From positions 5,120,001 through 5,184,000 of the forward strand of contig OZ220741.1 in the NCBI GenBank assembly GCA_965116885.1: a stretch of DNA of 64,000 bases, given 5' to 3'. Source of the DNA: Candidatus Latescibacterota bacterium (lineage in GTDB: Bacteria > Latescibacterota > UBA2968). How positions within the stretch are numbered: position 1 is the first letter of the stretch; every line of letters starts with the position of its first letter. This document shows positions 36,817-46,529 of the stretch, in pieces. The position numbers and the translations under genes were made by a program. The notes beneath the pieces were generated by a model. The model did not search any database and was not told the DNA's origin. It saw nothing but the letters and a program-made list of their open reading frames with translations.

Positions 36817-37554
36817 ATGTCCCAGCGAGATATGAAAACGAATAACGCAAATATGAAGGCGACAGCAACCCAACCAATCGACCATATCAAAACTCAGATT
36901 GCAGAATCCGAAGGTTTTCCCACCGAGAAAATCGATGAGTTTGTGGTATTCATCCAGAACGATCCCTACATCACGTCTGCGGGGTTGCAGTACAAAATGT
37001 TGCAAACCTATAAGGCTGGCAAATTCGCTGTGCAGGCTGTAATGCCTACCAAAGAAGAATACGCTCTATTGCGGCAAATGATGGGATTAAAAGATGAGGA
37101 ACCGCTGGTGGTAATGCGCGGTGAAGTGTGGGTTGATGGGCTTGCGCGGCCTTTTGTCGATTACGGCACTACAACACCTAAAAATCTCAAAGGATTTGTG
37201 CGGTTTTCAGATTATCCACTCGAAATGGCGACGCGACGCGCCACCAATCGGGCGATGCGTTTGGCTACTGCGACGGGAATGTGTTCTGTCGATGAGCTAC
37301 AGGTAGCCACAGACGCCGCACAGACCAACGGCGATGTTGAAGCGATGCACAACGGTTCATCTGCTACGCAAAGTCAAATTGATCTGATTAAAAATCTGGG
37401 GCGCAGTCCACGGCTAACCGAGCGAGAACGCGAGCGATTGAAAACCCAGATTGAAGGTGGATTGGACAAGCGTCAAGCATCGGAATTGATCCAAAAAATA
37501 AAAGCGAGGTTAGACGCCCGGCGCAAAGCCGATGCACAACCTATCGCGGCCTGA
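36817..37554 (+). CDS. Putative single-strand annealing protein (Rad52/RecT/Redbeta superfamily-like)
   Basis: AAGGAG SD; PYITSAGL, GEVW...FVDYG, EMATRRATNRAMRLA..GMCSVDEL; linker; C-terminal ATQSQIDLIKNL...LDKRQASELIQKI helical module. Confidence 0.55.
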   Translation: MSQRDMKTNNANMKATATQPIDHIKTQIAESEGFPTEKIDEFVVFIQNDPYITSAGLQYKMLQTYKAGKFAVQAVMPTKEEYALLRQMMGLKDEEPLVVMRGEVWVDGLARPFVDYGTTTPKNLKGFVRFSDYPLEMATRRATNRAMRLATATGMCSVDELQVATDAAQTNGDVEAMHNGSSATQSQIDLIKNLGRSPRLTERERERLKTQIEGGLDKRQASELIQKIKARLDARRKADAQPIAA

Positions 37555-37628
37555 TTTTGAGCCGGTTGTCACGCACATTCTTTCGTCAGGGGAGAGGGGA
37601 AGGATTTAGCGTACAACCGGCACTTAAC

Positions 37629-37670
37629 AAAAAAGCGGAAGCTCTTTGAGAGCCCCGCTTTTTTGTTTTT
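37629..37670 (+). terminator. Intrinsic terminator after the SSAP-like gene
   Basis: AAAAAAGCGG..GCTC/GAGC..CCGCTTTTTT. Confidence 0.7.
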
Positions 37671-37765
37671 TACGGCTAATAGTGCCCTCTTGTGCTTTCG
37701 TTTCCTTTTGTGTATCATGGGGCAAACCGGCGGACGATCAAAAATGCGATAAAAGGTATATTGTT

Positions 37766-40123
37766 ATGAAATCGATAATACTGGGAATTTTGTGCATTGC
37801 GCTGACTGCAACAGATGGTCTGGCAAAAGATGCTTCGCCAGAGGCCATTGCCGCGGCAGAGAGAGCGTATCGTGAAGGGATGAAACACTTTGAGGCAAAA
37901 AATCTGGACGCGGCGCTTGTATCGTTTCAATCGGCGATTGCCCAGAACGAAAAGTACGCACCCGCCTATGTGGGCCTGGGGCATGTCTATTTGAAACAGG
38001 GCAATTTGACCGAAGCGGAAAAGGCGTTTAAGACCGCAGTCTCAAAAAACAAAAAATACGCGCCAGCTTACAATGGATTGGGCCTGGTCTATAGCCGCAA
38101 AAAGAACGAACTGCGTCGGGCAATTGCGTATTTTCGGGATGCAAATCGAGCAGATAAAAAATACTCGGAAGCGCAATATAACCTGGCGCAAACCCTGGAA
38201 AATTACGGCAGCAGTGAGACTCTCAAAGCCTATCGCAATGTCTTAAAGATCGATCCCAAACACCCCAATGCAAACTATCGCATAGGGATATTGCTCGATA
38301 AAGATGGAGAACGCGAAAAAGCCGTGCAAGCGTATCGCGATCAGCTACAAGCAAAACCGGATCACCGCGGGGCGCGCTTGAATCTGGGCATTGATCTAAA
38401 ATTGCTCGGGCAATTGCGAGAGGCACTTCAGCACCTGCTCAAAGTTGCAACCGTAGCCAGCGATTTTCAACGTCGAGCCGTATTGGAATTGGCGCAGGTA
38501 TTTCAAAGGGCAAAGGCATTTGAACAATCAGCGCGATTATTTGAATCATATATCAAGCAGTTATCCGAAAAAGAACAAGAAACGTATAGCGATCTGAATC
38601 TCGTCGCATCGGGTCCCATTCTCAAGGAATATAACGATGCCGAGACACTGCCAGAAAAAAAGCGCGTTTTTAGAACATTCTGGTCGCGTTTAGATCCCGC
38701 TCCCGTCACCGAAGCCAATGAACGGTTATTGGAACACTATCGCCGCGTCGCGTATGCGCGCGAATTTTTTGGAACACTTCGATTTCCCTGGGATGCGCGC
38801 GGCGAAGCCTATATCCGCTATGGCGCGCCTGACCATGTGAGCAATTCGGGCAATATTCAATTGGAGCAGACAAAAAAATTGGTTGATGTAAAAGAGCGGC
38901 TCATTCAAAAAGCCGGACCAGCGGTAGATCGATTGCTCAGAGCGCGGGCCGACGCGGTCGCATCGAGCATGGTGGGTATGCGAGGACAATTGCCGCGCAC
39001 AGGAGATCGAAGCCCCGGCGCGCGCGGCGAACGCCAGCAAGTAACCAGTGGAACCATTTTGGGCTGGCCGGTATATCCGGTAGATGGGATATGGGAATAC
39101 TGGATCTATGCCGATGTTGGCAATGGTATAGAAGTCGTATTTGAGCAGCGCTCAAACCAGGGAGCCTGGGATTATGCCGATATACCGCTCGGCAGAGGGC
39201 GGATTGCGAGAATATGGCAGGACATGCATCCAGAAATTGTCTTGAAGGGAATTGCAGCTATTACACCAATGACATATCGCCCCGACTTTGCGACTGGTGC
39301 GTTGGATTTTTATCTTGCCTCATCGGCTTTCCGAGGACAAGATGGTCTAACCACGCTCGAAATTTATTACGGTATTCCAACCCCGCAATTGCACTTTGTG
39401 GCCGGGCAAGATGGCGCGAGGATCGCACAATTAGACCGTGGCATTGTGGTTTACAATCAAGCGGGCGATCCCATCTATCGCACGAGCCAGGAAATGCTAC
39501 TGGCCGCGTCGGGTGAGGCTACTCAGGCACCTGGCGCATATATGCCTGAAATGGACCGCTTATTTTTAACACCGGGCAATTATCGCATTTCCGTGCAGGT
39601 TTTGGATCGTCGTTCGAGAAAATCACAGGTATATCACATCAACCGCGTCGTACCCGAATACGATATAGACGACGAGTTAAAAATCAGCGATGTGGAACTC
39701 GCCGCCACCATTGATATAGCCGACAAGAGCCGGTTCCAAAAGGGCGATATCGAAGTGATTCCCATAGCCTCAAAAACTTATTTGCCCGCGCAGCCCGTAT
39801 TTATCTATTTCGAAATTTACAACTTAAAACGCAATGCCTTCGGCCAGACCAAATACCGCGTATCTTATGTCGTGCGATCGCGCGACCAAAAAACCATCGG
39901 CGCACGAATTTTAGGCGGCGTAGGCAAAATGCTCGGACAAAAGAGCGAGCAGGGCGTTATTTCAATCGAATACGAACAGGTGGGAACAGAGACACAAGAA
40001 CCGGGCTATCTTGAATTGGATATGTCGCGCTCTGAACCGGGCGAAAAAATCGTAGAAATCGCGGTTGTAGATGAAACAACAGGCCAGACAGCAACCGCGA
40101 CCGCGACATTTATCACTCAATAG
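37766..40123 (+). CDS. Secreted TPR + GWxTD-domain protein
   Basis: Signal peptide, multiple TPRs, FWSRLDP.P.TEANERLLEHYRRVAYA..F..PWDARGEAYIRYGAPD, LKISDVELA. Confidence 0.82.
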   Translation: MKSIILGILCIALTATDGLAKDASPEAIAAAERAYREGMKHFEAKNLDAALVSFQSAIAQNEKYAPAYVGLGHVYLKQGNLTEAEKAFKTAVSKNKKYAPAYNGLGLVYSRKKNELRRAIAYFRDANRADKKYSEAQYNLAQTLENYGSSETLKAYRNVLKIDPKHPNANYRIGILLDKDGEREKAVQAYRDQLQAKPDHRGARLNLGIDLKLLGQLREALQHLLKVATVASDFQRRAVLELAQVFQRAKAFEQSARLFESYIKQLSEKEQETYSDLNLVASGPILKEYNDAETLPEKKRVFRTFWSRLDPAPVTEANERLLEHYRRVAYAREFFGTLRFPWDARGEAYIRYGAPDHVSNSGNIQLEQTKKLVDVKERLIQKAGPAVDRLLRARADAVASSMVGMRGQLPRTGDRSPGARGERQQVTSGTILGWPVYPVDGIWEYWIYADVGNGIEVVFEQRSNQGAWDYADIPLGRGRIARIWQDMHPEIVLKGIAAITPMTYRPDFATGALDFYLASSAFRGQDGLTTLEIYYGIPTPQLHFVAGQDGARIAQLDRGIVVYNQAGDPIYRTSQEMLLAASGEATQAPGAYMPEMDRLFLTPGNYRISVQVLDRRSRKSQVYHINRVVPEYDIDDELKISDVELAATIDIADKSRFQKGDIEVIPIASKTYLPAQPVFIYFEIYNLKRNAFGQTKYRVSYVVRSRDQKTIGARILGGVGKMLGQKSEQGVISIEYEQVGTETQEPGYLELDMSRSEPGEKIVEIAVVDETTGQTATATATFITQ

Positions 40124-40139
40124 GATAGGAGCAAATTCG

Positions 40140-41483
40140 ATGCGTATTTTTGACGTTGAAACTATGCGCGCACACGCGCGTGAAATTTTTGACACATCAG
40201 TCAAAGCTGTTGATGCCGAACAGTGCGTGCGGCAATTTGTATCGCTGGATGGCGATATTTTGCGCGTGGGCGATCAAAATTATGATTTAAGTGTTTACCG
40301 CCGCATTCTGGTCGTGGGCACGGGCAAAGCCTCGCCACAAATGGGTGTGGCTCTGGAAGATATATTAGGCGATTGCATCTCTGATGGATCTATGAATACA
40401 AAATACGACCATGCATTGCCCTTAAAACATATCGATATAGTGGAATGCGGCCATCCCGTACCCGACGAATCGGGAGTTGAAGGCGTCGGACGCATGGTTC
40501 ATTTGCTGGAAGAAGCGGATGAAAACACGCTGGTGATTTGTTTGATCTCCGGTGGTGGCTCGGCACTCGCACCCGCACCTGCTGACGGATTGACGCTTGC
40601 AGACAAGCAAGAAACGACGAGCCTATTGTTGGCCTGCGGTGCAAATATTGTGGAACTCAATGCCATCCGCAAACATCTATCGCGCCTAAAAGGTGGGGGG
40701 TTAGCGCGTGCGGCGTTTCCCGCAACAGTTATCGCACTAATGTTGTCAGATGTGATTGGCGATCCCATGGATGTCATCGCATCTGGCCCCACAGTGCCGG
40801 ATACCGCGACATTTAAAACGTGTATGGATATTCTGGACAAATACGAATTGGTCGATAAAATACCCGAAAGCGTTCGGCTGAGACTACAAGCCGGTTTGGC
40901 CGGAGATATTGAAGATACGCCCAAGCCCGGCGATGCGGCACTCTCCAAAGTTCAGAATCTCGTGGTCGGCAGCAATGGCCTGGCCGTAGCTGCGGCAAAT
41001 AACAAAGCAATGGAATTGGGATATAATACGCTGGTATTATCTACGCGCATCGAGGGCGAAGCGAGAGAAGTCGCTTATGTATATGCGGGTATTGCCAAAG
41101 AAATTGTGACATCTGGACAGCCCATTGCGGCACCGGCCTGCGTGATTGCCGGCGGAGAAACAACCGTGCTGGTGCGCGGGGATGGCAAGGGGGGGCGCAA
41201 TCAAGAGATACCGCTATCGGGTGCAATTCAGTTGGCCGGATGGGACAATGTCGTACTGTTTAGCGGAGGTACCGATGGCACCGATGGACCAACCGATGCC
41301 GCAGGCGCCGTAGCCGATGGACAAACCATAGCGCGAGCAGAGACACTGGGACTTTCCGCGATCGCACATCTTAAAAACAATGATGCCTACCACTTTTTTA
41401 AACCACTGGACGACCTGATCATCACGGGAGCAACCGGAACCAATGTCGCAGATGTCGCGCTGGTAATGGTCGGGAATGCATAA
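40140..41483 (+). CDS. Glycerate 2-kinase (GckA/TtuD, MOFRL family)
   Basis: VVGTGKAS, GHPVPD, LISGGGSAL, KGGGL, SDVIGD..IASGPT, GGETTV, GGRNQE, GTDGTDG, TGTNVAD. Confidence 0.93.
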   Translation: MRIFDVETMRAHAREIFDTSVKAVDAEQCVRQFVSLDGDILRVGDQNYDLSVYRRILVVGTGKASPQMGVALEDILGDCISDGSMNTKYDHALPLKHIDIVECGHPVPDESGVEGVGRMVHLLEEADENTLVICLISGGGSALAPAPADGLTLADKQETTSLLLACGANIVELNAIRKHLSRLKGGGLARAAFPATVIALMLSDVIGDPMDVIASGPTVPDTATFKTCMDILDKYELVDKIPESVRLRLQAGLAGDIEDTPKPGDAALSKVQNLVVGSNGLAVAAANNKAMELGYNTLVLSTRIEGEAREVAYVYAGIAKEIVTSGQPIAAPACVIAGGETTVLVRGDGKGGRNQEIPLSGAIQLAGWDNVVLFSGGTDGTDGPTDAAGAVADGQTIARAETLGLSAIAHLKNNDAYHFFKPLDDLIITGATGTNVADVALVMVGNA

Positions 41484-41518
41484 TTTGACGCGTTTGAATT
41501 TTTCGGGAAATATGTCTC

Positions 41519-42292
41519 ATGTCCAATTTAACCGAACCCATCCTCAACGAAGTCGAAGTCGATTATTTCCGACGTCACGGGTATATCGTGCGTACCGATC
41601 TGCTCACCGATGAAGAACGCGACGAATTTATCGCCCTATTTGACCGCGATCGCGAGCAATTCAAATTTCGATGGCATCCCTATGGCTACCATCAGCAAGC
41701 CAATTACGACGCACTCGTCACCACGCCCGAATTTGACCGCGTGATCCGTCACCCAAAAATCCTCGCTGCAATCGAACAACTCATGGGGGGACCGGTTTGC
41801 TTTGGCGAAATTGGCGCGCGTTACATGCTCCCTTACGACGGCGAACTGCACCGCAGTTGGCATCGCGACCGCCCCCACTGGGACGAGCATCCATTTCGAA
41901 TGGACTACATCCAGCTCATGCTCTATCTCACAGACGTCGGTGCAGACACCCACTGCTTCTCACTCTCTCCCGAATCGGTTTACGAACCCACGCTCGAAGA
42001 CAAAGAAGCACAACTCAAACGCGGAGGCATCGCCGATATCCACGGTCCGGCAGGCACGGTCTGTCTCTTCAATGTCGCGGCACTACACACAGCCACCACG
42101 CGGCCGACAAAATGCGACCGCAAAACCCTGCAAATCTACTATGGACACCGCGATCGCAAATACCTGGCCAATGACTCCGTCATCCCCCCTATCTTCTGGC
42201 GCGACCACAAAGACCCGGAAGTGCGCGCCTTTTACGGCAACCTCAACGAAGTCTCCAATATTTACAACAAAGCATTTGGAATCAGGCCATGA
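41519..42292 (+). CDS. PhyH-family Fe(II)/2OG dioxygenase
   Basis: FRRHGY, WHRD, MLYLTDV, GPAGTVCLFN..LH. Confidence 0.82.
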   Translation: MSNLTEPILNEVEVDYFRRHGYIVRTDLLTDEERDEFIALFDRDREQFKFRWHPYGYHQQANYDALVTTPEFDRVIRHPKILAAIEQLMGGPVCFGEIGARYMLPYDGELHRSWHRDRPHWDEHPFRMDYIQLMLYLTDVGADTHCFSLSPESVYEPTLEDKEAQLKRGGIADIHGPAGTVCLFNVAALHTATTRPTKCDRKTLQIYYGHRDRKYLANDSVIPPIFWRDHKDPEVRAFYGNLNEVSNIYNKAFGIRP

Positions 42293-43101
42293 CCTTCCGA
42301 ACAACACCCCTCACGCCCAACTACGGTGCTGAAGTTCACGACATAGACCTCACCCAAATCAATGGCGAAATGGCCGAAGCCATTCTCGATGCAGTCAATG
42401 AACACGCCCTGCTTCTTTTTCGGCGGCAATCGCTCCACGACGAAAACATCTACGCCCTCAGTGCCGCACTCGGACCCGTCGAAGAACCCGCAGCCCGGAT
42501 CAATCACAGTCCCCGTTTCAAAGAAGTCAATTACATCTCGAATTTGAACAATGATGAAGGAACATTTATCGGTGCTCCCATCACAGACAATGACGGTGGC
42601 TGGCATACAGACCAGGCCTTTCGCAAAAATCCCGCCACACTATCTACGCTTTTCTGTATCATCGCCCCAGAACAAGGGGGCGGCACCAGCTTTTGCAGTA
42701 CACACATGGGCTATGAAGCCCTTCCGGAAACACTCAAGAAGCGCATTGAGAACATGCGCGTCAAATACCTGCCCGGCAAAATTCACGAAGTCGAACCCCT
42801 TGAAGTCACCCATCCTCTGGTACTCACCAGCCCGAGCACTGGGCGAAAAACCCTCTATCTGGCTCCCAGCACGCGCGAAATTGACGAACTTGCCGAAGCT
42901 GAAAGCCAGGCCCTCAAAAGAGAACTACTCACCTATCAACTCCGCCCACAGCACATATACCAGCACAACTATCGCATGGGCGACATGCTCATTTACGATA
43001 ACGCACAACTCCTGCACAAACGCGACGCGTACAAAGGTCCTCGCTTCCTGAAAATTACGCGTGTCTTTCTGTCTCCTGACCGCTTCGCCATTCCCGACTA
43101 A
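42289..43101 (+). CDS. TauD/TfdA-family dioxygenase
   Basis: GAEVHDIDL, WHTD, GGGTSF, HPLV..TGRKTLYL, GDMLIYDN..LHKR. Confidence 0.9.
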   Translation: MTFRTTPLTPNYGAEVHDIDLTQINGEMAEAILDAVNEHALLLFRRQSLHDENIYALSAALGPVEEPAARINHSPRFKEVNYISNLNNDEGTFIGAPITDNDGGWHTDQAFRKNPATLSTLFCIIAPEQGGGTSFCSTHMGYEALPETLKKRIENMRVKYLPGKIHEVEPLEVTHPLVLTSPSTGRKTLYLAPSTREIDELAEAESQALKRELLTYQLRPQHIYQHNYRMGDMLIYDNAQLLHKRDAYKGPRFLKITRVFLSPDRFAIPD

Positions 43102-43103
43102 CC

Positions 43104-45092
43104 ATGGCTGCAACATCTCCCCAACAAGAACGCATTCTCTCGCGCATCACGGGACGCTCCGTGTTCTTTGGCGCACTCACCGCCATTGCCCTCAACGTGT
43201 ACACCGATCACGCCGGGCTGGTGATGGGATCGTCATCCCTGGTCAAATCGCAATATCCAATGGCCATGTTGCTGCCCTTTGTACTCTGGTTATTTGCCAA
43301 TATCGGTCTCAAAACCTTCTGGCCCAAAGCGGCTCTTTCGGGCACCGAGCTGCTGGTCATCTACGGCATGTCCTGGATCGCGGGCGTTATTCCCCTCGAA
43401 GGTTGGGCAGCTTATTGGACGAGCACAATGGCCGTGCCCACCTATTATGCGTCACCTGAAAATCGCTGGACCGAAATTATCTTTGACATCTTGCCCTGGT
43501 GGACCCTGCCAGATGTATCGCCTGCGGTCATTCGTCCTTTCTACGATGGATTGCCTCCACATAGTTCCATCCCCTGGGCGGGCTGGTTGCAACCCCTATT
43601 CTGGTGGACCGCCATCTCACTGGCCGTTTTTACAGCGGGATTGTGCTTGTGTATTCTCTTCCAACGCCAGTGGGAAGACCACGAGCGACTCGCCTTTCCG
43701 CTCGTACAATTTGCCGTAGAACTGACCTCTGGCTTTGATCAACCCGGACGCGTTCCCGGCATATTTCGCAACAAAATTTTCTGGGCGGGTTTTCTCACTG
43801 TTTTTGGCGTCTTCGCGTGGAATATCCTCGGTTATTTCGCCACGGGACTACCGCGCATCACCATCTATGCCGGGTACCTGAGCAAACAAATCGACCTCGC
43901 CCGCGACTTTCCACCCATTTACCTTCGCATCCTGCCCCCGGTGGTTGGTCTCACCTACTTTTGCAATCTCGACATCCTCTTCAGTTTTTGGGTTTTGCGC
44001 CTCGTTGCCATAGTCAAACTCGGCATTATGGACCGCACGGGTTTCACCCTGGGCCTGACCAACCAACAGGCAAAATCATCCGAAATCATCAATCTCGAAA
44101 GCCACGGCGCCCTTGTTTTGCTGGCACTCTGGTCTATTTGGGCCGCTCGGGGGCACCTGTCTCGCGTCTGGCAAGCTGTTGTAGAGGGCCGACAGTCTGA
44201 TCATAACGACGGCATCATATCCTACCGCATGGCATTTATCGGCTTTGTTCTGGCAACCACCTTCATCATCGGCTGGATGAGCGCAATGGGCATGTCTATC
44301 CCCATTGCACTCTTGCAAACCGCGTTACTCTACACGGCATATTTCACCGTCGCCAAATTCACGGCCGCCAGTGGTTTTCCCCATCTTCTACCCATATATG
44401 GTAAAGGCGGTGGCATGGTCTATACCTTTACAGGTACTGCCAACTTGACCCCCTCGGACTTTGTGGGTACTGAATTTGTCAACTCCAGCTCCTTCTTTGG
44501 CAACACTCGCATTCCCGCATGGCCCGCGCTACCCCACCATTTGAAATTGCACGGCGCAACGCCAAACGCCCGCATTGCCCGTATCGCTACACTCGCCTTC
44601 ACCGCGGGCTTGCTCGCATCCTTCATCTTTATTATTTATTTGGCATACGCCCACGGAGGGCAAAATTTGCACACAGCCCCTTTTTCTGGCCGCTCAAACT
44701 CGGCCTCGGTCCGCCTCTACAGCAACATGACCAACCACATACTCAACGAACAAAAAACCGTTTTTGATCCATATAAAATGGCCGTATGGTTCATTGGCAT
44801 CTTTGAAGCGCTCGTGCTCATTGGCTTGCGAAGCCGCCTGCCCTGGTGGCCCTTGCACCCGATTGGCCTCGCCTTTCAAAATACCTCTGGTCCAAGAATC
44901 TACAGCTTCTCCATTTTTCTCACCTGGGCGGCCAAATCGCTTTTCCTGCGCATCGGCGGCATTGCTCTGTACCGCTGCGCAGCACCTTATTTTATTGGCC
45001 TGCCAGTGGGCTATGTCACCGGCGTCATCGTTTCGTCTATTGTCGATCTCATCTGGTTCCCAACAGGTGGGCACTGGACACATGGGTGGTAG
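43104..45092 (+). CDS. Polytopic membrane protein, DUF6785/DUF6784-like putative transporter
   Basis: ITGRSV, YYASPENRW, IPWAGWLQPL, RQWEDHERLAFPL, WWPLHPIG, RIGGIALY; many TMs. Confidence 0.65.
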   Translation: MAATSPQQERILSRITGRSVFFGALTAIALNVYTDHAGLVMGSSSLVKSQYPMAMLLPFVLWLFANIGLKTFWPKAALSGTELLVIYGMSWIAGVIPLEGWAAYWTSTMAVPTYYASPENRWTEIIFDILPWWTLPDVSPAVIRPFYDGLPPHSSIPWAGWLQPLFWWTAISLAVFTAGLCLCILFQRQWEDHERLAFPLVQFAVELTSGFDQPGRVPGIFRNKIFWAGFLTVFGVFAWNILGYFATGLPRITIYAGYLSKQIDLARDFPPIYLRILPPVVGLTYFCNLDILFSFWVLRLVAIVKLGIMDRTGFTLGLTNQQAKSSEIINLESHGALVLLALWSIWAARGHLSRVWQAVVEGRQSDHNDGIISYRMAFIGFVLATTFIIGWMSAMGMSIPIALLQTALLYTAYFTVAKFTAASGFPHLLPIYGKGGGMVYTFTGTANLTPSDFVGTEFVNSSSFFGNTRIPAWPALPHHLKLHGATPNARIARIATLAFTAGLLASFIFIIYLAYAHGGQNLHTAPFSGRSNSASVRLYSNMTNHILNEQKTVFDPYKMAVWFIGIFEALVLIGLRSRLPWWPLHPIGLAFQNTSGPRIYSFSIFLTWAAKSLFLRIGGIALYRCAAPYFIGLPVGYVTGVIVSSIVDLIWFPTGGHWTHGW

Positions 45093-45120
45093 GCTAATCG
45101 CTTCTACAGAAAGGTTTTTC

Positions 45121-45840
45121 ATGTCCGAACAAAAACACATTCTCATCACAGGCGGTGCAGGCTTTGTCGCTGGCATGTTGCGCCAGCACTGGGGCGCGAC
45201 CTATCGCCTCCGGCTTGCAGATGTGAACCCGGTTGAAAATCTTGCAGATCACGAAGAATTTGTCCAGATGGATATTACCAATCTCGACGAATTCCAGGCT
45301 GCTTGTCGAGGCATTCATACCGTTATACACCTCGCAGCTGACCGCAGCCCACGCGCCGACTTTTACGAAACCTTGCTCGACCTCAACATTATTGGCGCAT
45401 ACAACGCCTTTCACGCTGCACACCTGTGCGGTTGCAAGCGCATTGTTTTTGCCAGTTCGGTCAATGCTGTGTTGGGCTACCCGGGTGATTCCTCCATTGA
45501 ATGGGATGTACCCGTATTCCCCACCAATGTCTATGGCGCCACCAAATGCTGGGGTGAAGCCCTTGCGCGGGTATATTCCGAAACCCACGGACTATCCTGC
45601 ATCTGTGTGCGCCTGGGCGGCCCGAGATGGAATGCCAATGAAATTTACGACCCAGACAAACCCAGCATGCTCATCAGCCCGCGGGATACCGCACAACTTT
45701 TTCAAAAATGCGTGGAAGCAGATACCGACTTTGCCATTGTACATGGCGTATCTGATCACAAAAAATCCTATCTCGGAATTGATAGCACCAGAGAAGTATT
45801 GGGCTACACCCCACAAGACGGGACAGCGAAAAGGCCGTAA
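45121..45840 (+). CDS. NAD-dependent epimerase/dehydratase (uronate dehydrogenase-like extended SDR)
   Basis: ILITGGAGFVA, VIHLAA, VFASS, YGATK. Confidence 0.85.
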   Translation: MSEQKHILITGGAGFVAGMLRQHWGATYRLRLADVNPVENLADHEEFVQMDITNLDEFQAACRGIHTVIHLAADRSPRADFYETLLDLNIIGAYNAFHAAHLCGCKRIVFASSVNAVLGYPGDSSIEWDVPVFPTNVYGATKCWGEALARVYSETHGLSCICVRLGGPRWNANEIYDPDKPSMLISPRDTAQLFQKCVEADTDFAIVHGVSDHKKSYLGIDSTREVLGYTPQDGTAKRP

Positions 45841-45855
45841 ACAGAAAGGATACCC

Positions 45856-46308
45856 ATGGGAAAGGGAAAGTTCTCATCGACAAAAACATATCGCGATCTG
45901 CCCTGTGCACACCGTCAGGGGTATCACGACGGACACTGTCGCTTTATTCACGGATACAATCGCGAGATCACGTTTTATTTTACCTGTAACGAACTCGACG
46001 AAAACCACTTTGTCGTCGATTTTAGCAAGCTCAAAAAGCTCAAAGCATGGTTGGAAAACATGTTTGACCACACGATGCTCATCAACGAAAATGATCCCGA
46101 ACGCGAATTTTTTGAAGAAATGCACCGCCGGGAACTGATCGACCTGCGAATTATGCCCAACGTCGGCATGGAAGCGTCATCAAAATATGTCTTTGATTAT
46201 GCCGACAAACTCGTGCGCGACATGACCCAAAACCGATGCTGGGTCTATAAAGTTGAAACCCGCGAAAACACGAAAAACTCGGGTATATACGAACTCGTAG
46301 ATGGCTGA
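45856..46308 (+). CDS. queD: 6-carboxytetrahydropterin synthase / PTPS family
   Basis: CAHRQ..HCRFIHGY, VVDF, FDHT, VETREN. Confidence 0.8.
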   Translation: MGKGKFSSTKTYRDLPCAHRQGYHDGHCRFIHGYNREITFYFTCNELDENHFVVDFSKLKKLKAWLENMFDHTMLINENDPEREFFEEMHRRELIDLRIMPNVGMEASSKYVFDYADKLVRDMTQNRCWVYKVETRENTKNSGIYELVDG

Positions 46309-46419
46309 TCTATATATCTGAATAGCATTTTTTGCCCTACTGCACAAAATACTGCACATATTTTTTCTTATAACACAATAAATTGTGTATAAACAATAAT
46401 TTATTGTGTTATTTTTTTC

Positions 46420-46448
46420 TTGACTTATGAACAAATGTTCACTATATT
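46420..46448 (+). promoter_or_regulatory. Sigma70 promoter with LexA-type operator in the spacer
   Basis: TTGACT-N17-TATATT; TGAAC-AAAT-GTTCA at 46428-46441. Confidence 0.65.
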
Positions 46449-46529
46449 CTTGCTCAGCCATAACTGAGGCCAAAGCAGATAGATGTTCCGCACAGAGTAC
46501 AGGACCTCAGAACACCATAAGGAGGAAAC

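Noticed and set aside
44764..45120. N-terminal extension of the NAD-dependent epimerase
   Set aside because: Overlaps the transporter gene; the Rossmann motif begins just after ATG 45121.
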